This document shows, piece by piece, positions 60,404-64,000 of a DNA stretch of 64,000 nt; the stretch's first letter is position 1; the number at the start of each line of letters is the position of its first letter. Where the stretch lies: assembly GCA_002189035.1 (NCBI GenBank), contig NEEC01000008.1, positions 1,736,001-1,800,000 of the forward strand, read 5' to 3'. Origin of the DNA: Utricularia gibba (taxonomy: Eukaryota; Plantae; Magnoliophyta). A program made the translations under genes and the position numbers. The notes beneath the pieces were generated by a model. The model worked only from the letters and a program-made list of their open reading frames with translations, made no database searches and was not told the DNA's origin.

Positions 60404-60786
60404 AAGTCTTCCCCAAGCTTTGTAGATTCCCTCGCCGGGAAGTTTATAGGAGTAGAACGGTGGTGCTGGGCTACTCGGGGCCGGTCCATTGAAGGGCAGT
60501 TCTCGGCCTCGTGTTTTTAGGCCTAATCATTTCGTGGGTTTTGACTGGGCCGAAGTAACAAGATAAAAAGAGCTCCATCCTTTCCCTTCTTCCTCTATTT
60601 TTGTAATCAATAGGAGATAATCTCCTTTTACTGTTTTTCACAAGAAACTTCTTAACTGAAACACACACTTCAGTTCAAGATTGAAGATTGGAGATTGAAG
60701 CAGAGTAAGTGAATCCACATTGTGTTGGTGGATTTCTCCAAGCAAGACTTGTTTTCTTTTTTCGTAGTAAAGAAGCCTTCTTTGAG
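60404..60786. promoter_or_regulatory. Short bidirectional promoter shared by ValRS (-) and SUN (+)
   Basis: 383 bp between divergent ATGs; site II motifs TGGGCT (60467-60472) and TGGGCC (60546-60551). Confidence 0.6.
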
Positions 60787-62735
60787 ATGTCTTCTTCAAC
60801 CGTTTCCGCCACCCACAAAGGACCCATTACTCGTTCCCGTGCCGCAGAAAGGGAACACCTCGCTGGAGATGTAGATTTGAATGCACCTGCCGTCGCGGTG
60901 GTTGAAAAAGAAATTGAAATTACATCTAGCAGACTCGACACCTGGATTTCCAAGGAACGCATCCCTAATCAAGAGTCCATTGCTCGCCGCCATGCCGCCA
61001 ACAGGCCACATTCCGTCGGAGGTACGGATTTAGGTAATGCTCCAGGTGCTTCGGTTGAAAAGGACTATGACATCGCATCCAGAAGAACTCCCTCCTTGAT
61101 TTCGAAGGATGAGGGACCGACGCCGGCGCGAGGCAAGGCGAGAAATCCTGGGACCAGTCGGAAACCTAAGAAGCCGCTTTGGCGTACTGTTGTCAGCATC
61201 ATCATTAAAAACACGGCCTTGATTGCAGTGTTATTTGGGTTTTGGCGGACGATGCGATGGATGGCAGTGAATTCAGGGCGTGGTCTGGATGATTTTTCAG
61301 TAATTTCTGGGGACTTTGATGGGAAGTACTCTGAAATGGAAAATTTTGTCAAGACATCTCTGAAAGCCATTCAGTTTCAGGTGAATGCTATCGATGGAAA
61401 GGTAGAGGATAAACTTAGTTCTATGAGAAAGGAGTTGAATGAGCAAATTGTCAAGAAAGGGGAAGAAATAGATGTGAAGTTCAAGGCGCTGGATGCAAAA
61501 TATGATGCTTTTGAGAAGTTCATGGATGATTTTAAGTCCAAAAATTTAATGACAGTGGAGGAATTTAAAGAGTTCTTTCAGGATTTCAAAAATACAAGGA
61601 AGAGTGATGTTAGTTTGGATGAGATCATGGCATATGCAAGAGATATTGTTAACAAGGAAATTGAAAGGCACGCTGCTGATGGGCTGGGTATGGTGGATTA
61701 TGCTTTGGCATCTGCAGGAGGCAGGATTGTGAAGCATTCCGAGCCATATGTCCAAAGCAGCGGCTTGCTTAGTAGGAATAAGATCAGTCCTGACGCAGAG
61801 AAGATGATAAAACCAAGTTTTGGTGAGCCTGGGCAGTGCTTCCCCCTAAAGGGCATTACTGGATTTGTTGAGATACGGCTTAGGACTGCTATTATACCTG
61901 AAGCTGTGACTTTGGAACATGTTGCTAAGGTATTTCATACACCCTCTTATGCATGAATAAGCGATTTTTGGCAAGGGAGTCTGTTTTAAATGAGGAGCAT
62001 AGCATGAATGTAATGGAATAAGTTTTCTGGGAATGTCTATGCTTGTATTAGTATGCTTTAGGATGGTTGGCTTATGTGCTCATGTTTCATCTGTAATTTT
62101 GCTCCACCTGCTGTGCATTCATAATTTTTTTTTCTTTGTGAGCATTTCTCATTGAAATTGCTGTGAGGGTCACCCTCCAATAAAGATTCATGCACAAGTC
62201 ACCAGGAGTATTATATCTTATGCGTTTGTTTGCAGAAAAGACAACGGTTCTTTATTTTGGTGAATTAAATGAGGTGATTCAAAGCCTGTTATGCATGAAC
62301 TGTCTAGACAAACTTGTGAACCCTGATTCACGATCTATATATATGGGGATCTAGGTGGCTATATACGGACTTTTGATCCATGCGCTTTCTTTTTTTACTT
62401 ACAACTTCATCTCATCTGCTGAACAGAGCGTGGCGTTTGATAGATCAAGTGCTCCAAAAAGGTGCCGGGTATCTGGATGGCTTCAAGGACAAGTGAGTGA
62501 AGCAGAGAATGGCACGAATGTGCTTTCTTTAGCTGAGTTTACGTATGACCTTGAGAAGAGCAGTGCTCAAACTTTTAAGGTGGAGAAGGCGTTCCCAGCT
62601 CCATCCGGCGTTGTCAACACCGTCAGGCTCGATATTCTATCGAACCATGGGAGCCCGTCTCATACGTGCATCTACCGATTGAGAGTACACGGCCATGAAC
62701 CCGACTCTCCCCCATCTTCGGAATTGCGGTCTTGA
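60787..62735 (+). CDS. SUN1/2: C-terminal SUN-domain inner nuclear envelope protein (SUN1/SUN2-like); exons 60787-61929 and 62427-62735
   Basis: MSSSTVSAT.., TM segment, coiled coil, [57 protein letters not shown] / [49 protein letters not shown]. Confidence 0.95.
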
Positions 62736-62937
62736 TGCTACGTAGTTGCTTGTCACAAACTTGTTCTTTAGTCTTCTCTGTTGAGTTAAGCTTTTGCGCC
62801 TGTGTTGTAGTTTGTGCCACCGTGTTGTGAAACCAGCGTTGTTCATTTATACTTCAAGTGACTGAATATATATGTTAACGGAAACGCATAATGGGTTTTG
62901 GGGAATAGTTGACATTTTCTGTTGATTCGAAGGAACA

Positions 62938-63799
62938 ATGAGCGTTTCCCTATCATATTTCACCGCCGCGGCGCCCGCTGCCGCCGGCGCTTGCTTTTCG
63001 GCCAAAAAGACGGTGCCTTGGCCTCAATTTTCCGGGTTTCCGCCGGCGAAGAAAAGCATCGTCCGACCATCATGCTCTCTTCAGTCTGATCACGCTGGTG
63101 TGAGCATTTCTCTTATTTCATCTGCTAGCCTGGAATTCTTTCTTTTCTGGGGTAATGGGGAATTCTATTCTCTCGATCGGTGTTTCTGTTTTGAGCGTTT
63201 CGCGCTTCTGGGAAACGCATGCCACAGGGTCACTTTACCGTTTGTTCCCCTCGTTTCTGTAGTTTTGTTGAAAACCATCCTTAGGTTTACTCTTCTCTCC
63301 ATAAAATGTTTACTCTTTTGGAATTTAGTGTCCTGAGTCACCGGAGTTGATTGGCGGCACTTCTCCGGAAGATCAAGGTACTAATGGAATCTATAACAGC
63401 AAATCCCTGTCTGATTTTCTTCTGAAATTCCTCTATGTATGTGGATAGGTGTGTCTGAAAAGAGTGGCAGTCCTCAGAGGATTTCTTCAACTGAGTAATG
63501 TTTACTTGAGTTTTTAGCAAATTTTGGCATACGGCAGCCTTTTTCTTCTGTTATTACATATATCGCCCCTGTTAAAGTGAGTGAAGTTTGGAATGACGAT
63601 TATTGTAATATCCTGTCTTGTCTTTGAACTGGTGAAAGAAATTCATTCTATTTGAAGCCTGTCTGAGTCCAGAGAATGATGTTTATGTTTGTTAAGTTCT
63701 CAGGATACTAAGCAGATTGAAAAGATATGGTGTCTCAGGAATTTTGGCATACGGCCTGCTGAATACTGTGTACTATCTCACCACTTTTCTCATTGTCTG
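62938..63799 (+). CDS. 5' part of a plastid-targeted uncharacterised membrane protein (continues past window); exons 62938-63099, 63329-63377, 63449-63494, 63704-63799
   Basis: Transit-peptide-like MSVSLSYFTAAAPAAAG..; four exons join in phase to give ..ISSTE/ILSRLKRYGVSGILAYGLLNTVYYLTTFLIVW, a block I recall from a conserved plant protein (At2g38695-like, unverified). Confidence 0.75.
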
Positions 63800-64000
63800 G
63801 TAAGTGGCTGAATGATGGCAATGAAGCATAAGAACAAAAAAAGATATTTTTTCGCTTCCAGAAATCGAACTCCCCCAATGATTGTACCATGTGCATTCTT
63901 GATCATTTCACATCATACCCATTTCAATGAGCCTCAACATGCACACGCACTATATATAATCTTGTGTCTGTTGGTAAGCCTAGCATGAAATCGTTCCATT

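Overview
Gene-dense eukaryotic (eudicot-type plant) nuclear DNA with short spliceosomal introns; no prokaryotic features (no CRISPR, rRNA or convincing tRNA). I can support 23 protein-coding loci plus one unrecognised spliced locus. In order: anthranilate synthase alpha (3' end), LIM2-type protein, GPX8-like peroxidase, CYP714, unrecognised locus, KIN17, RPL13a, invertase/PME inhibitor, PLATZ, FIL-like YABBY, PAT14-like DHHC acyltransferase, SEC1A, Ku80, Aurora 3, clade-III GSK3, PLIM2, CYP86A, FRO, kinase-less malectin-like receptor protein, two Gly-rich Cys-capped secreted paralogs, CDK-like kinase, organellar ValRS, SUN protein, and the 5' part of a plastid membrane protein. Intergenic DNA holds an AT-rich dispersed repeat family (4 copies). 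I found no complete novel system. Best leads: (1) a CYP714 whose I-helix acid-alcohol pair is replaced (AGHETT -> AAHQNT) in an otherwise intact gene; (2) seven frame disruptions in four genes, all explained by missing C/G bases in short runs, more likely long-read consensus error than pseudogenisation; (3) four GC-AG introns; (4) introns carrying short copies of the neighbouring exon; (5) an intron in a normally intronless inhibitor family; (6) the unrecognised locus at 6.9-7.9 kb. Gene models were built by hand from GT/GC-AG sites and remembered family motifs. No database search was run, so orthologue names are recollections.
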